This document shows positions 38,744 to 51,910 of a stretch of DNA of 64,000 nt, piece by piece (the stretch's first letter is position 1; the number at the start of each line of letters is the position of its first letter). A model generated the notes under the pieces. The model saw only the letters and a list, made by a program, of their open reading frames with translations, did no database searches and was not told where the DNA came from. This stretch comes from Octopus sinensis (Eukaryota). The position numbers and the translations under genes are program-made. The stretch spans positions 31,124,001-31,188,000 of the forward strand of contig NC_043014.1 of assembly GCF_006345805.1 (NCBI RefSeq), read 5' to 3'.

Positions 38744-38918
38744 GGTAAGGATACTGTGTACATGTGTGTGCATGCAGATATATATATATATATCTATATA
38801 TTTTTATGTATCCTGTAACTGGATGGTTGTTGACTCTTTGAAGTTGACTTGTTATTTAATTGTTCTTGTTTCTCATCCCACAGGGTGTCCAAAATTTACC
38901 CTACACATAAAGCAGGCT

Positions 38919-39275
38919 TAACCATGCTGGAGCACTGCCTTTTAGTTGAACAAATTGACCCCAGGACTTATTCTTTGTAAGCTTGGTACTTATCAGACTG
39001 TTTTGCTGAACTACTAAGTTATGGCAACATAAACACACCAATATCAGTTGTCAAGCAATGGTGTGGGGTACAGACACAGGCACAGTGACACACATAAATA
39101 TATACATATATATGATGGGCTTCTTTCAGTTTCCATCTACCAAATCCACTCACAAGGCTTTGGTCAGCCCAAGACTATAGTGGAAGACACTTACACAAGG
39201 TTCTACACAGTGGAACTGAACCTACAGTCATATGGTTGGGAAGCAAGCTTCTTACCACACAACCGCACCTGCATC
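38919..39275 (-). mobile_element. Family-A SINE
   Basis: Reverse-complement match to 41611-41997. Confidence 0.85.
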
Positions 39276-39360
39276 TATTATTTATATATATATATATGTA
39301 TTTAGGTGTGTGTATATTTTTACATGCATGTATATTTGTGTACATATATATATATATATA

Positions 39361-39394
<34 letters not shown>

Positions 39395-39959
39395 CTACAT
39401 ACTGTATATATATATACATATATAGAAATATATATATGTGCATACATGCATATATATATATGTACTCATATATATATGTATATGTGTGTGTGTGTATATA
39501 TATATGTGTATGTGTGTGTATATGTGTGTATCTGTGTGCATGTGTTTGTTGGAATAAAATTTTCTTTTTTAACTATTAGCTCAACCAGTATATAAGAAGC
39601 AATGCAGATACCTATAAACTGTGAAATCCTGGAAACAATAAACATGGATTTAGAGACTTTATTATTCCAGACTAACTCAGATAAGTGATAAGAAAGTATG
39701 AAAAATTTGTCATAAAAAAGACAAAGCTGGAACATTACCATGTCTTTAACGAAACATGTGTATGTGTATACATTGCATATATATATGCATATGTATGTGG
39801 ACCATAAACAAAACTTGACTTAAACAGGATTCAGATAATCCTATCAGGTGATGCTATTAAGTTAGATGTGGCCTGGACCAGTCTTTGGTCGAAACATATC
39901 TAAGTTTTTTTATATGTCTATAGATATATTATTTGTATAATTGTGTGTCTATATATATA

Positions 39960-40024
<65 letters not shown>

Positions 40025-40069
40025 TTATCTATCTATCTATCTATCTGTCTATATATCTATCTATCTGTC

Positions 40070-40115
<46 letters not shown>

Positions 40116-40214
40116 AAGTACTAGGCTTAAAAAGAATGAGTTGATTTGTTCGACTGAATGGTGATGCTCCAGCATGGCTGTAGTCAAATGACTGAAGCAA
40201 GTAAAAGAAGGTAT

Positions 40215-41086
40215 TGTCAGTGTGCATACTCGACAGAGTGTACGTACCTTGAGAGAAAAGTTGGACCTCAGAAGCATTAGTTGTGGTGTGCAAGAGAGAT
40301 GACTGTGCTGCTATGGCCATGTGGCAAAAATGGATGTGGATAGCTGTGTGAAAAAGTGCCACACCCTAGTGGTTGAGGGAACCTCTGGAAGAGGTAGACC
40401 CAGGAAGACCTAGGATGAGGTGGTGAAGTATGACCTTCAAACATTGGGCCTCACCAAGACAATGACTAGTGATCGGGACCTTTGGAAATATGCTGTGCTT
40501 GAAAAAACTCAGCAAGCCAAGTGAGACCATAACCTTATGGCCTATGCCAGGGGTGTAACCAGCCCACTTATGCGTGCCTTTCCTTCATTGGACACAAAAC
40601 TCTGCTTGCGAAGACCTGTTGAAGCAAGTGAAATCGAAATCAAATTTGATGACTGGCATCCGTGCTAGTGGAGTGCTAAGAGTACCATCCGAGCATGATC
40701 GTTGCCAGAGCAACAAACTGGCTTCCATGCCAATGGCACGTAAAAGCACCATTCGAGCATGATCGTTGCCAGAGCAACAAACTGGCTTCCATGCCAATGG
40801 CACGTAAAAAGCACCATTCGAGCGTGATCATTACCTGCGTCGCCTTACTGGCACTTGTGCTGGTGGCACGTGAAAAAACATTTGAGTGTGGCCGTTGCCA
40901 GTACCGCCTGACTGGCCCTCATGCCGGTGGCATGTAAAAGCACCCACTACACTCTCAGAGTGGTTGGCATTAGGAAGGGCATCCAGCTGTAGAAACTCTG
41001 CCAGATCAGATTGGGGCCTGGTGCAGCCATCTGGTTCGCCAGACCTGTCAAATCGTCCAACCCATGGAAAGTAGACGTTAAACGAT
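40215..41086 (+). mobile_element. 5'-truncated RTE-clade LINE (nonsense mutation, internal deletion) with a 64-bp tandem duplication in the 3' UTR
   Basis: Homologous to 24758-25591; GRGRPRKT*DEVVKYDL; duplicated unit starts at 40690 and 40754. Confidence 0.92.
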
Positions 41087-41102
41087 TATTTTATCTCTCT
41101 CT

Positions 41103-41150
<48 letters not shown>

Positions 41151-41610
41151 TATATATATATCGTTGCTATTATGTTAAACTGCTGTACATCCAAATTGGC
41201 CAAATGTGTATTTTTCAATATTTAATTTTGCTTGCAACAGCCGGCTCTTTTGATCAAACTATTGTATTTCCAGCTGCTTCCTTCAGATGAAAATTGTCAA
41301 AGTGTAGTACAATTTTCAAAAGTGTAGTAAGTCTCACATATGACAGTTTTGCAAAAGTATTTCTGACTGAAAATATCTTAAATGCATGGAATTACAATTA
41401 TATGCACCCACCAAAGTATTGCTAAGCTGAAAATGTTGCTAATGTAGAAAGAAATGGAATGGTGAAACTATCTTTATGTTTTCTGAAAAAACAATATTTT
41501 GAACTTACGATACTTTTGCATAACACCAACGATACTTGGAAATGGATGCGTGGCGTTCAATTGAATAATTATATACATAATATATATGCGTGTGTGTGTG
41601 TATATATGTA

Positions 41611-41997
41611 GGCTCCGGAGTGGCTGTGTGGTAAGTAGCTTGCTTACCAACCACACGGTTCCGGGTTCAGTCCCACTGCGTGGCACCTTGGGCAAGTGTC
41701 TTCTACTATAGCCTCAGGCCAACTAAAGCTTTGTGAGTGGATTTGGTAGACAGAAACTGAAAGAAGCTCGTCGTATATGTATGTGTGTGTATATGTTTGT
41801 GTGTCTGTGTTTGTCCCCCCAACATCGTTTGACAACCAATGCTGGTGTGTTTATGTCTCTGTAACTTAGTGGTTCGGCAAAAGAGACCGATAGAATAAGT
41901 ACTAGGCTTACAAAGAATAAGTCCTGGGGTAGATTTGCTCAACTAAAGGTGGTGCTCCAGTGTGGCCGCAATCATATGGCTGAAACAAGTAAAAGAG
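41611..41997 (+). mobile_element. Full-length family-A tRNA-derived SINE (CORE-like body with internal microsatellite)
   Basis: A-box-like tggctgtgtgg, B-box-like gggttcagtcc, ggcaccttgggcaagtgtctt body; more than 12 further copies or fragments in the window. Confidence 0.9.
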
Positions 41998-42010
41998 TAC
42001 ATATATATAA

Positions 42011-42357
42011 GCATATATGGGTACAGGATGTCACCAACTATAAACAATATGAAGTACTTAAACAAGTTAAATAGGCAAACAATGAGAGAAAAAATGGAAA
42101 ACAGGACAAGTAACACAGAGATCGACTCTTCATCAGTTGTTGGCTGTCTATCTACTCCTCATTTCGAGCATTCAGGGACAATACGAGTTGTTGAATGCTC
42201 GAAATGAGTAGACAGACAGCTGACAACTGGCGAAGGGTCGTTCTTTGTGTTATTTGTCCTGTTTTCCTTTTTTTTTTTTCATTGTTTGCATATTTAACTT
42301 GTTTGTTTTTGTTCTTCACGTTGTTTACAGTTGGTGACATCTTGTAGCCATATATGC
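42011..42357. repeat. 347-bp imperfect palindrome (foldback element), 15-nt loop at 42176-42190
   Basis: The arms are reverse complements along their length, e.g. catttcgagcattca/tgaatgctcgaaatg and gatgtcaccaact/agttggtgacatc. Confidence 0.92.
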
Positions 42358-42389
<32 letters not shown>

Positions 42390-43302
42390 TATATATATAT
42401 ACATATATACACATATGCACATATATACACACACATATATATATATGCACATATATATATATATGTATGTATAGGTTTGGGGTAAATCCCAGCTGTTTCC
42501 TCTTAAAGCACATCTGCTTATTCCATTCTTACAATCAATATGTATCCATTATTACTGTTGTATGTAAATCAAAATACACATTAAAATTGAGGATTATGAA
42601 ATAATCTTTGTAGATTTGTTGAATAAACAAAATAAGAAAAGGGAAAGTTCTTGCTATTATTTATTCCCTATTACACATATTTTATCTCCCAATAGGAGAC
42701 ACATAAATTTACATGTTATATAGACATGTAAGGAATTTATTATTAGAGAAATTGTCGGATGAGAATTTTTATATAAAATTATATGTCTGAAGATTTCTCT
42801 AGGCTGATCAAAGCCTTGTGATTGAATTTGGTAAGCAGAAGTTCCTGTCAAGTGTGTAAGTGCCTGTGCCTCCTAACAGAGAGAAGGGAAATTCCATACA
42901 TGTCTATATAACATGTAAATCTTTGTGATTCCTATTAGAAGATGAAACATGTGTAATGGAGAATAAATAATACCAAAAAAATTCCATTTTCCTATTTTGT
43001 GTATATGTATGTATGTGTGTACCATGTAATCCAATACAATCTCTTGCGTTGTGGACCCTTTAGTAACTCAGTAGACAACCTTGTCAAGCTTGCTTGGTAC
43101 AAAAGGCGGTTTTCATTGGACAATCTGCAGGATATAAAAGAAAATCTGTCAAAAGACAGATGAACTTTGTAGAATTAATGGCCCTGCCTCAGCTGCGAGC
43201 AGACGCACCTCCAGTCTTTGCTTCAGGAGAAGGAAAACTCTGATGTAACACCTGTAACTTCATTTGCATCCAATGATGAAGATTAATTCTTATTGGGTAA
43301 GT

Positions 43303-43558
43303 GGTGCAGGTGTGGCTGTGTGGTAACAAGTTTGCTTCCTAATCACATGGTTCTGGATTCAGTTCCACCGTGTTTGCACTTTGGGCAAGTGTCTTCTAAT
43401 GTAGCCTTTTGAGTGGATTTGGTAGACAGAAACTGAAAGAAGCCTGTGATGTGTGTGTATGTCTTTGGCCCCCCACTACCACTTGATAATCAGTGTTGGT
43501 GTGTTTATGTCCTTGTAACTTGGTGGTTTGTCAAAAGAGACTGATATATGAAGTACCA
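43303..43558 (+). mobile_element. Family-A SINE (3' truncated)
   Basis: Match to 41611. Confidence 0.8.
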
Positions 43559-44439
43559 AACTCTCTGAGCTGGTATCCCCTCACAGACACATTCTATTGA
43601 CTTAAATAAAAGGTAAAAGAAGTGGGAACGCTGTGTAGAGGAAGGAGAAAATTAGTGAAGCATGTGAGAAGGCAAGAAGAATGTGATAGAGGTGAGTGTA
43701 AAGCATATAAATAGAAAGGAGAAAAAGACAGAGAAAGAAAAAGAAAAACTGGAAGTAAGTTCAGGCAGAGAAGGGAAGTGAGAGAAAATTAAGGGATAAT
43801 TGGTGAAAAATAAAAGAATCATAGATCAAAGTAATTACAATGGAACACTGATAAATATATAAAAAATACAATGCTGGTTAAAAGCCCAGGGAGGTACACA
43901 AATGATGCTAAGTCTGGGGAGACAGAGTGTATCGTGAGAAGCTGATAAATGAAAATTAGTAAGGTGATGTACTTGGAAAGGCAACCAATGGATATGTAAG
44001 ACTTTCAGAAAAGGAGGGGAAATAAAAATATATTTGTGTGTATGCTTTTAAAAGTGTGTGCATTGTATATGTGTGTGTGAGTCTGTATACCTTATTTACA
44101 TTCCATTTTAAAGGCAGGCAACTTAAGAAAATATTTATCTAAGATAACTTTTTCTTCCCTCTCTCTCCTCGTTTTGAATTTTCTTTATTGTTTGGGTGTG
44201 CTGGCCATCCTTTCCTTACCACAACCTTTTCTGACTTTAATGTTGAATCACTGTTCTATATATGTGTATATGCATATACGCCCATTTGTATGTGTGTGAA
44301 TTCTCCAGTTTATGCTCCTGGTAACATGTAATCTAGTAAACCTGTACTTGTGGCCTGTACTCATGTTTTTCAAAAATAGCTCATCACTAGGAATATTTAG
44401 CACAATGAAATGCTACACATCAGTTACAGATAAAAAGTT

Positions 44440-45160
44440 CAACTCATAAACAATACTACTTCAGCAGTAAGCAAAAACAGGAAAAGAAGATTATCTGGTT
44501 TAATCCACTTTTCAACATACAAATCTCTAAGCCAAAAGCCAACTTGTTCTTCAAAATCCTTCAAAGACACTTCCTCTCTTATCTCAAATATGATAAACTG
44601 ATCAACAGACTCACGATGAAAATATATTTTACATTTAGTAACTCCCCCCCCCCACCAAAAAAAAGAAAGCAACAGCAATTATAACCAATAAAAATTATCT
44701 AAATGTACAAACAAAAAGCATATACTTGGCTGTACCACCTGCAATAGTAACATCTTTTATATTTATTCTATTTTCTAAACAGAAACTACCTCATTAGTAA
44801 TATACTTTAGAGACTAAAAGCACCCACCAATCCTCAACAACACCATCTACAGCCACATGTATAAGTTTAAATGCTAACAAGTTCAAAGTAAAATATGATC
44901 AACTCATGAACACATTTCATAACTCAAATAGATAAAAGGATACTTCACTTTCTAAAGATATATGGTTATTGAAATCCGAAAACATCCCACATGTCAACTG
45001 GAAAATATTGATGTCTGCACAATGATAACAAGCAAACAACAAACCTTGCTATATTTGTACACCTGAATCCTATCAAATTTTCTTATTTACAACTAAACTA
45101 CTGAACTATAACTCAGAGTTAGAATCTTCCAGCAGATAAAATCTTAAAGACTTCTTCTTG
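44440..45160 (+). mobile_element. Penelope-like element remnant: post-RT linker and C-terminal GIY-YIG region
   Basis: KKIIWFNPLF, FFKILQRHFLSYLKYDKLINRLTMKIYF, FKVKYDQLMNTF, DTSLSKDIWLLKSENI..VNWKIL and CYICTPE match recalled PLE motifs in order. Confidence 0.75.
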
Positions 45161-45794
45161 CCCCTCTCTAAAATAACCCTTATACAATAAGTAACTTCTG
45201 TACACTCCAACTTCCCTCATAATATTCATCTACATTCACTACAATCATCTGCAAAAAGATTTTACCTAACTTTTATCGAGACACCCAAATATGGGACAAA
45301 TGATTCATATGTACATGCTTGTTTATGAGCTTATACACATTTCTCCACATTGCCTTAAATATGCATAAATATGCTATCCATCTAGCAGCTTGTAATCATC
45401 TAACTGTGCATACATAGAAGTATGTGGTTCCCATATATACTCAATCACTATAAATATATATGTGTATGTGTTTGTTTGTATGTATGTGGCTGTGTGTATA
45501 TATTTAAGTATAAGTGTTTATCTCTTTGGGGATAAATATATGTAAGTTCTTACTGTCATTTGTATGGTTTGTGTGTATTTATATATTTTCTGTATTCATT
45601 AAAATTCAACTCGTGTCAGCAGAAATCTTGTTTGAAAAGACTGAAATTATCCAAGTCCTACTTAATTTATTCCTACTCCCCAATGCGGTAGTAAGAAGAC
45701 TTTAAAAATATCTTAGGATCTCAACCACACAGAGTCTGTTAACAGGTAATGATTGGAACGTGAAAAATGATATCATCAAGAAATACATTAAACT

Positions 45795-45955
45795 AGGTGT
45801 GGGTGTGTGGTAAGAAGCTTTCTTCCTAACCACATGGTTCCAGTTTCAGTCCCATTGTGTGGCACCTTAGGTAAGTGTCTTCTACTATAGCCTTGGGCCA
45901 ATCAAAGCTTTGTGAGTGGATTTAGTAAATGGAAACTAAAAGAAGCCTGTCGTGT
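45795..45955 (+). mobile_element. Family-A SINE 5' half
   Basis: Match to 41611. Confidence 0.8.
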
Positions 45956-45966
45956 GTGTGTGTATA

Positions 45967-46018
<52 letters not shown>

Positions 46019-46020
46019 CA

Positions 46021-46575
46021 CACAGGGATTGGACAAAATAATGGAAACACCTAGCATCATAGTATCATAATTTGAAATATCTATAAAATTGTCAAAAGCT
46101 TGTTTATTTTTATGTTTTTTATTTATTATTAGTGTTGCTTAATATGTTTTGCTAAAATTGCAGGTTCTTTTCAGATATCATCAGAAAAAGGTAATTAAAA
46201 TTCATTAAAATGACAGATCTATAGGACTTTCAAAGAGGTCAATTTGTTGGTGCTTGTATGGCAGGTGCTAGCGTAACAAAAACAGCTGAAATGTTTGGTG
46301 TATCAAGAAGTACTGTCTTGAAGGAAATGATAGCATTTGAGAAAGAGAGAAAAACCTCCTCGTCGAAACAGAAGTCCAGAAGAAAACCAAAACATTCAGA
46401 TAGGGACCATCGGACTCTTACATGAATTGTTAGAAAGGATCACAAAAGTACAGCTCCCAAAATTACTGCAGAGCTTAATGACCACCTTGAGAAACCAGTT
46501 TCCACAGAAACTGTTTGCCAGGAGCTGCACAAAGCTGAATTTCACAGGAGAGCTGCAATCAAAAAACCATACTTT
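46021..46575 (+). mobile_element. Tc1-like transposon 5' end: TIR plus N-terminal transposase (paired-like HTH), cut by an assembly gap
   Basis: TIR-like cagggattggacaaaataatggaaacacc; from ATG 46210, MTDL*DFQRGQFVGACMAGASVTKTAEMFGVSRSTV...KSTAPKITAELN...VSTETVCQELHKAEFHRRAAIKKP. Confidence 0.9.
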
Positions 46576-46675
46576 NNNNNNNNNNNNNNNNNNNNNNNNN
46601 NNNNNNNNNNNNNNNNNNNNNNNNNNNNNNNNNNNNNNNNNNNNNNNNNNNNNNNNNNNNNNNNNNNNNNNNNNN
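46576..46675. other. Assembly gap (100 N)
   Basis: Directly visible. Confidence 0.99.
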
Positions 46676-47299
46676 ATATATATATATATATATATACATG
46701 TATAATATATGTTCATGCCCAATCCCTCATCAGTTGTCAACCAAATATCATCACAATTTCAACACTTTCCAATGTATTTTATGTATTTTCCTTTAGTTTT
46801 CACTCTTAATTAATCTGTCCCACTTCAGTCTTGTTCATGTCTGTATATGTGCCCATCTTCACATATATATATATTCCTTTTTTATTAAGTCTCAGTTCAT
46901 TTTCTCTCTGAAGATGGAACAGGGTGGTAGAAAAAGATTGGATGGATGCAACATGCTATGAACTGCACCAATTAAACTACTATTCTTGAAACAGCTGTTA
47001 GGAGAATCTGCATGTTTTTTTTTTCTTCTCTTTGACTTAGAAGGTTTTTAGCTGTGATAACTTTTTCCTATCAAACCATGTCATATCTATACTACTGACT
47101 CACTTGCTGCCTATTTCTGGAGTCTATCTGTTTACATCACAACTATTAAGAGTTTCCCATAGTGGAACTTTTACTGACCTCCTGAAATTTACTCTTTTAT
47201 GCATTTGTTTTTCTCTAAATAAATAGGTGTGTTCAAAAGGTATCCAACTTTATTGTTACCCGATGAAACTAATGCTGCATGAGCAAAAACCAGCACCGG

Positions 47300-47455
47300 T
47301 CTGTCGCAGTGTTACTCATTTACAGCTGAGTGGAATGGAGCAACATGAAATAAATTGTTTTGCTTAAGAATAAGACACCACCAATTTGGGAATTGAAACT
47401 ATGGTCTTGTGATCATGAGTGTAACACCCTAACCACTAGGCCATACACCTTCACC
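47300..47455 (-). mobile_element. tRNA-derived SINE of a further family (also 62680-62822)
   Basis: Minus strand begins ggtgtatggcctagtggttagggtg...gtttcaattcc (A and B boxes); similar to 62680-62822. Confidence 0.65.
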
Positions 47456-47589
47456 AGATGAATAGAAGTTGGGGTGTGGCTTGATAAGAAATATCAATAT
47501 GAGTGAGGGAGGAGTTTGGAAGAAAGAGACAGGGAGTAGCTCAAGGATGATAATTCAAGGAATAAGAGATGGGAACCGTGGGGAAGGAG

Positions 47590-47790
47590 ATGTGGCACAC
47601 AAGGGATAAATGGAATGAGTGGATATGTAAAGGGCACCCAGCCCACTTTGTGGAGTGGTTGGCATTAAAAAGGGCATCCAGGTATAGAAACCAAACCAAA
47701 ACAGACTGAGCTTGGTGCAACTCTCAGGCTTATTGCTACAGTCAAACTGTTTTACCTGTGTTAGCATGGAAAATGGATGCTATTAGATGG
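47590..47790 (+). mobile_element. RTE-type 3' tail fragment
   Basis: gagtggttggcattaaaaagggcatccagg...tagcatggaaaatggatg. Confidence 0.6.
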
Positions 47791-47869
47791 GTCTTTTTGA
47801 ACACAGTAAATCAATAATCATTTTGGTCCTTTGAAATCTACTCCTCAAGGCTTGGCATCTTAAGATCAG

Positions 47870-48143
47870 CTTTCATCACCACTTTGTCTCATCTCATCTT
47901 GGGACTCTTTCTTATTCAAGTTCCAGCCACTTTAAGCAATCAACACTTCCTTATGCAGCTGTCTTAATCAATACATAACCACATGGCCAAACCACCACAG
48001 CCTTCTGCTTTGTACACTATGTCTGATTCCTCTTATGTATAATTGCTCTCTCAGTACATTAGCACTTTGTCACACATGCACATTCCTGTTACACATTCAG
48101 GAGAACAGGCAGTGTCAGTGTGCATGTACAAAGTGCTAATGTA
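47870..48143 (-). mobile_element. Decayed RTE C-terminal fragment with a short inverted duplication at its 5' junction
   Basis: Reverse-complement similarity to 24780-25020; 48055-48085 is inverted against 48116-48143. Confidence 0.65.
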
Positions 48144-48381
48144 TTGTGTGTGTGTGTGTGTGCGTGTATATATATAAATATATATATATATATAAATATA
48201 TACATACACACACACACACACATACACACTGTGTGTGTGTATATATATGTATATATATATGTGTGTGTGTATATATATGTATATATATATATGTGTGTGT
48301 GTATATATATATATATGTGTGTGTGTGTATATATATATGTGTATATATATATGTGTGTGTATATATATATATATATGTGTG

Positions 48382-48418
<37 letters not shown>

Positions 48419-48955
48419 GTGTATATATATATGTGTGTGTGTGTGTGTATATATATATTTGTATGTGTGTACATGTATATTTGTATGTCTGTTGTGTATT
48501 TATAAACACACAGACATATTTGTGTATTCCTCCATTTCCTCCACCCACTATTCTTGGGAGGGTTGTGGCAGTAGAGTCCTCAGGCTCTATCAGAACCCTA
48601 GGAAAGAATTGCATTTTCCGGCAGGATTTCAGCTGCAACTATGAATATTATCCAACCATCTCATTTCAAGTGCTTATGTAATAAGTAGTTATACACTTCT
48701 CTCTAATTTCGCCAGTCATTTCAAGACTGAGGAATGCAGGTAAATGTGTAACTACTTGTTACATAACTATTTGAAATTTGTGTATCATTAAATGTATTTG
48801 CTTTGTCAATAATTGGTTTCTGTCATTATTCATATATTATGGGGCCTTTGTTTCTCACAATCTAACCAGGTGTTTCCCAATCTGGATGTCAGGTATGAGG
48901 AACTTCAGTGGGACTACATAAAAATTCAGGAAAGGGAGTGGGGCACAAGTCGGTG

Positions 48956-49529
48956 AAGGAAGATATGTATTTGAATTTTCTTGTTATATTTCACGTGTAA
49001 ACACAGACATTTTTATTCTGAAGTATAATTCTATATCTTGTAATTTATATTTGACATTATATACTTGACTTTACAAGGTTGATATATATATACTAATTCA
49101 TATTTATAATGTATAATTTATAAATTTTAATTCTTAATATTACAAAGTAAAATTTTTATTTTTACCTTTTAATTTTTTAATCTTTAATGCTTAATTTTAT
49201 TGCTTATTTTTTAAAGGGATGTAAAATTTGATTTATAATATTTTGAAAAAGAACCTGAAGATGTGTTGGAATAATTGTAAATCTGATGATTTACATATAT
49301 GTATTTATATATGTGTGTGTATATATATATATGTATACAATTGTGTGTATGTATATATATTGTAATCTTCTAATACTGAAACACATATAGTTCTTCATAT
49401 TTAATTAATTTAGTGTTAACTAAAGTAGGAGATAATTAAGGAAGTATAGTATATACCCTGCTGGTATAAAGGTTATTATTTCGTGATATGCAAATGGATA
49501 CCATGAGTTTACTTTCAGATATACTGATG
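48956..49529 (+). repeat. Left arm of a roughly 575-bp AT-rich inverted repeat (partner 51911-52489)
   Basis: Continuous reverse-complement match, about 90% identity by eye. Confidence 0.93.
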
Positions 49530-49739
49530 CTACTCTATTTCTTCTTAATATTTTTCAATTAGTTTGTAATACTGTAAAATTCACACTCAAAAACACATTC
49601 ACACAATGCATTAATGCATATAACTTAAATTCCATCATGACAGAAAAGAAAATGGATTCATTTGACAGTTCAATAATAATTTATCGTCGATGAATAAAAT
49701 ATCAAGTTGGCATTGAAAAGTTTTGTATGAATTAAATAT

Positions 49740-50590
49740 TATGTTATTGCTTTGAACTTCATACATCTGGTAACAATCTTTAAGAGTAATTGCCTGCATT
49801 GCTTCATTGAACTTTTGGTCAGTGTTGTAATGTTTCTGATTAATAAGCAGTGTGGAGAAGAAATCCTAGCTGCCAAATGTGATGTATTCTACTTTCCAGC
49901 TATATTTGAGAAGCTAAATTTGTTGATCAAACATCATCTAAGTAAAAATAGATATCTTTTATCCCCACTCAAAATAGATACCATAGACAAACTCATATTG
50001 GTTTTTGGTGCAAAATGCACTCTTGTTTATATCGCTAGTTGGGAGATGAATCCCTGCCATCTCCAGTACTGGGATCACCAAATCCTGTGATTTCGACCTT
50101 CCTTGGTTTCATCAATGATGGATGCTTGACCACTAGAGATAGATCTCCCCGCCAGTGATATATAGAAAAACTGCCAAAACAGATGCTGGTGTTGTGATTA
50201 GTCAGTGAGCTTGTTAAAAGTGTGTCAAATATATATATTTTTTACAGTATTTTTAATTTGTAAAGAGGCTACTAATGTCTTTCTTGGAAGACTTAATCTA
50301 TTTAGGGTACATATTGGATGTAAGGAGTTGATGCACTTCCCAACCCTTGCCACTGCAAGAGGTTGATAAGGAACTGCAAGAGGTTGATATTGTAATGTAC
50401 ATTGAGCACTTGAAGAAAGTGCTCAGTGATATGGAGATTAGGTTCAGAGATCTTGGAAATGAACATTCCAAGTTGTGTGGTAGATCTATTTGGGATGAAT
50501 GCATCTAATATTGATGTAAGACTACAAGAAAGCCTTATTGGGTTGCAGAGTTATTAAACTGCTCAAGATTAATTTAACCATGGGTGCCAG
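49740..50590 (+). mobile_element. hAT (Buster/SPIN-like) transposase C-terminal remnant, interrupted at about 49960-50240
   Basis: KSNCLHCFIELLVSVVMFL..GEEIL..DVFYFPAIFEKLN, FLGRLNLFRVHIG..LMHFPTL and YIEHLKKVLSDMEIRFRDL..MNIPSCVVDLF..LQESLIGLQ. Confidence 0.7.
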
Positions 50591-51910
50591 AAAAAAATAT
50601 TTAAAACATATATATATTTATATGTTTGTGTGTGTCTGCACATATATATATGTAATATAGATAGATATACATACATATATAAAAACACACACACACAGGC
50701 TCTTATATCCTCCAATGCTGTCAGCACAGTGGGCAACAATCCTTCTTCAAACATCCCAATGTTTGCTTTCCTCTTAGCTCCACTTAGGCTGACTCCCATC
50801 ACTATTATGTCATCCCAAAATGCAATGCATCATGTCTTCCTTGGTGTTCTGCTCAGTCTTTTCCTCCATCTAGCATCCAGTCTATCACAATTATATATAT
50901 ACTTGCTGGGCCTTACTTTTTAAACCTGGTATTTATTTTATTGATATCCTTTTGCTGAGCAGGTAAGTCATGGGAGCATAAATGAACCAATGCTGGTTAT
51001 CAGCCAGTTGTAGGAGACATGAATGCGCTCACATAGATATATCTATACCTGTGTATATAAACTACTGAAAACAGAACTAACGAGATCCCTTGTTGACAAT
51101 CACTACAATTGTTTCAATACATTCTTACATCTGTAATTCATAGATGAGATATTGAGCAGTCATTGTCTTACATACCAGGTGTAGAATGTACCCCCTCAGC
51201 TGACTGTGTGAACAAGTTCTTCATTATATATACTTGTCGTTTCACTCAGTTTAATAATGCATACCTAGATTAGTATTTCATTCCAGCAGTTCACTGACAG
51301 AACTCAGTTCTGTCTATCACCTGACAAGGTGCATTCTATACCTGAGATGTAATATAATGACTGCACAATATCTCACCTTTGAACTACAGGTGCTAGAATG
51401 TGTTGAAACAATTGTAGCGATTTTTAAATAAAGAATCTTGTTACTTCCATTTTCTGTCATTTTTTCATTTGATATAATCTCTACAGATTCTATAGAATTC
51501 CTGAAGTATATCCAATATCATGTGCATTTCAAGTAGCCAATAACTGTGGACAAGCTTTGCACAGCATTTTACATGGGTTTTATATATATATATATATATA
51601 TATAAAAAAAACGATCGAACCATCCAACTCATGCTAGTATGGAAAATGGACGTTAAACGATGATGATGATGATGATGATAAATAATAAGGGTGGCTTGTT
51701 AGCAATTTTTCGGCTGAAAGGCAAAAGACTTCTTTCAGTTTCTCTCTACCAAATCCACTCTCAAGGCTTTGGTTAGCCCAGGGCTATAGTTGAAGATACT
51801 TGCCCTGATACATATGTGTGTATATATATATATATATATAATTCAGTTTTGGGGATTGATAGATATGTGGGTATTCTATTTCAGATAATACAAAAAAAAA
51901 AAAATAACCT

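Noticed and set aside
43170-43240. Possible LINE 5' UTR with an HDV-like ribozyme (ggagaaggaaaactctga motif)
   Set aside because: I could not fold the nested double pseudoknot by eye, and no LINE ORF follows
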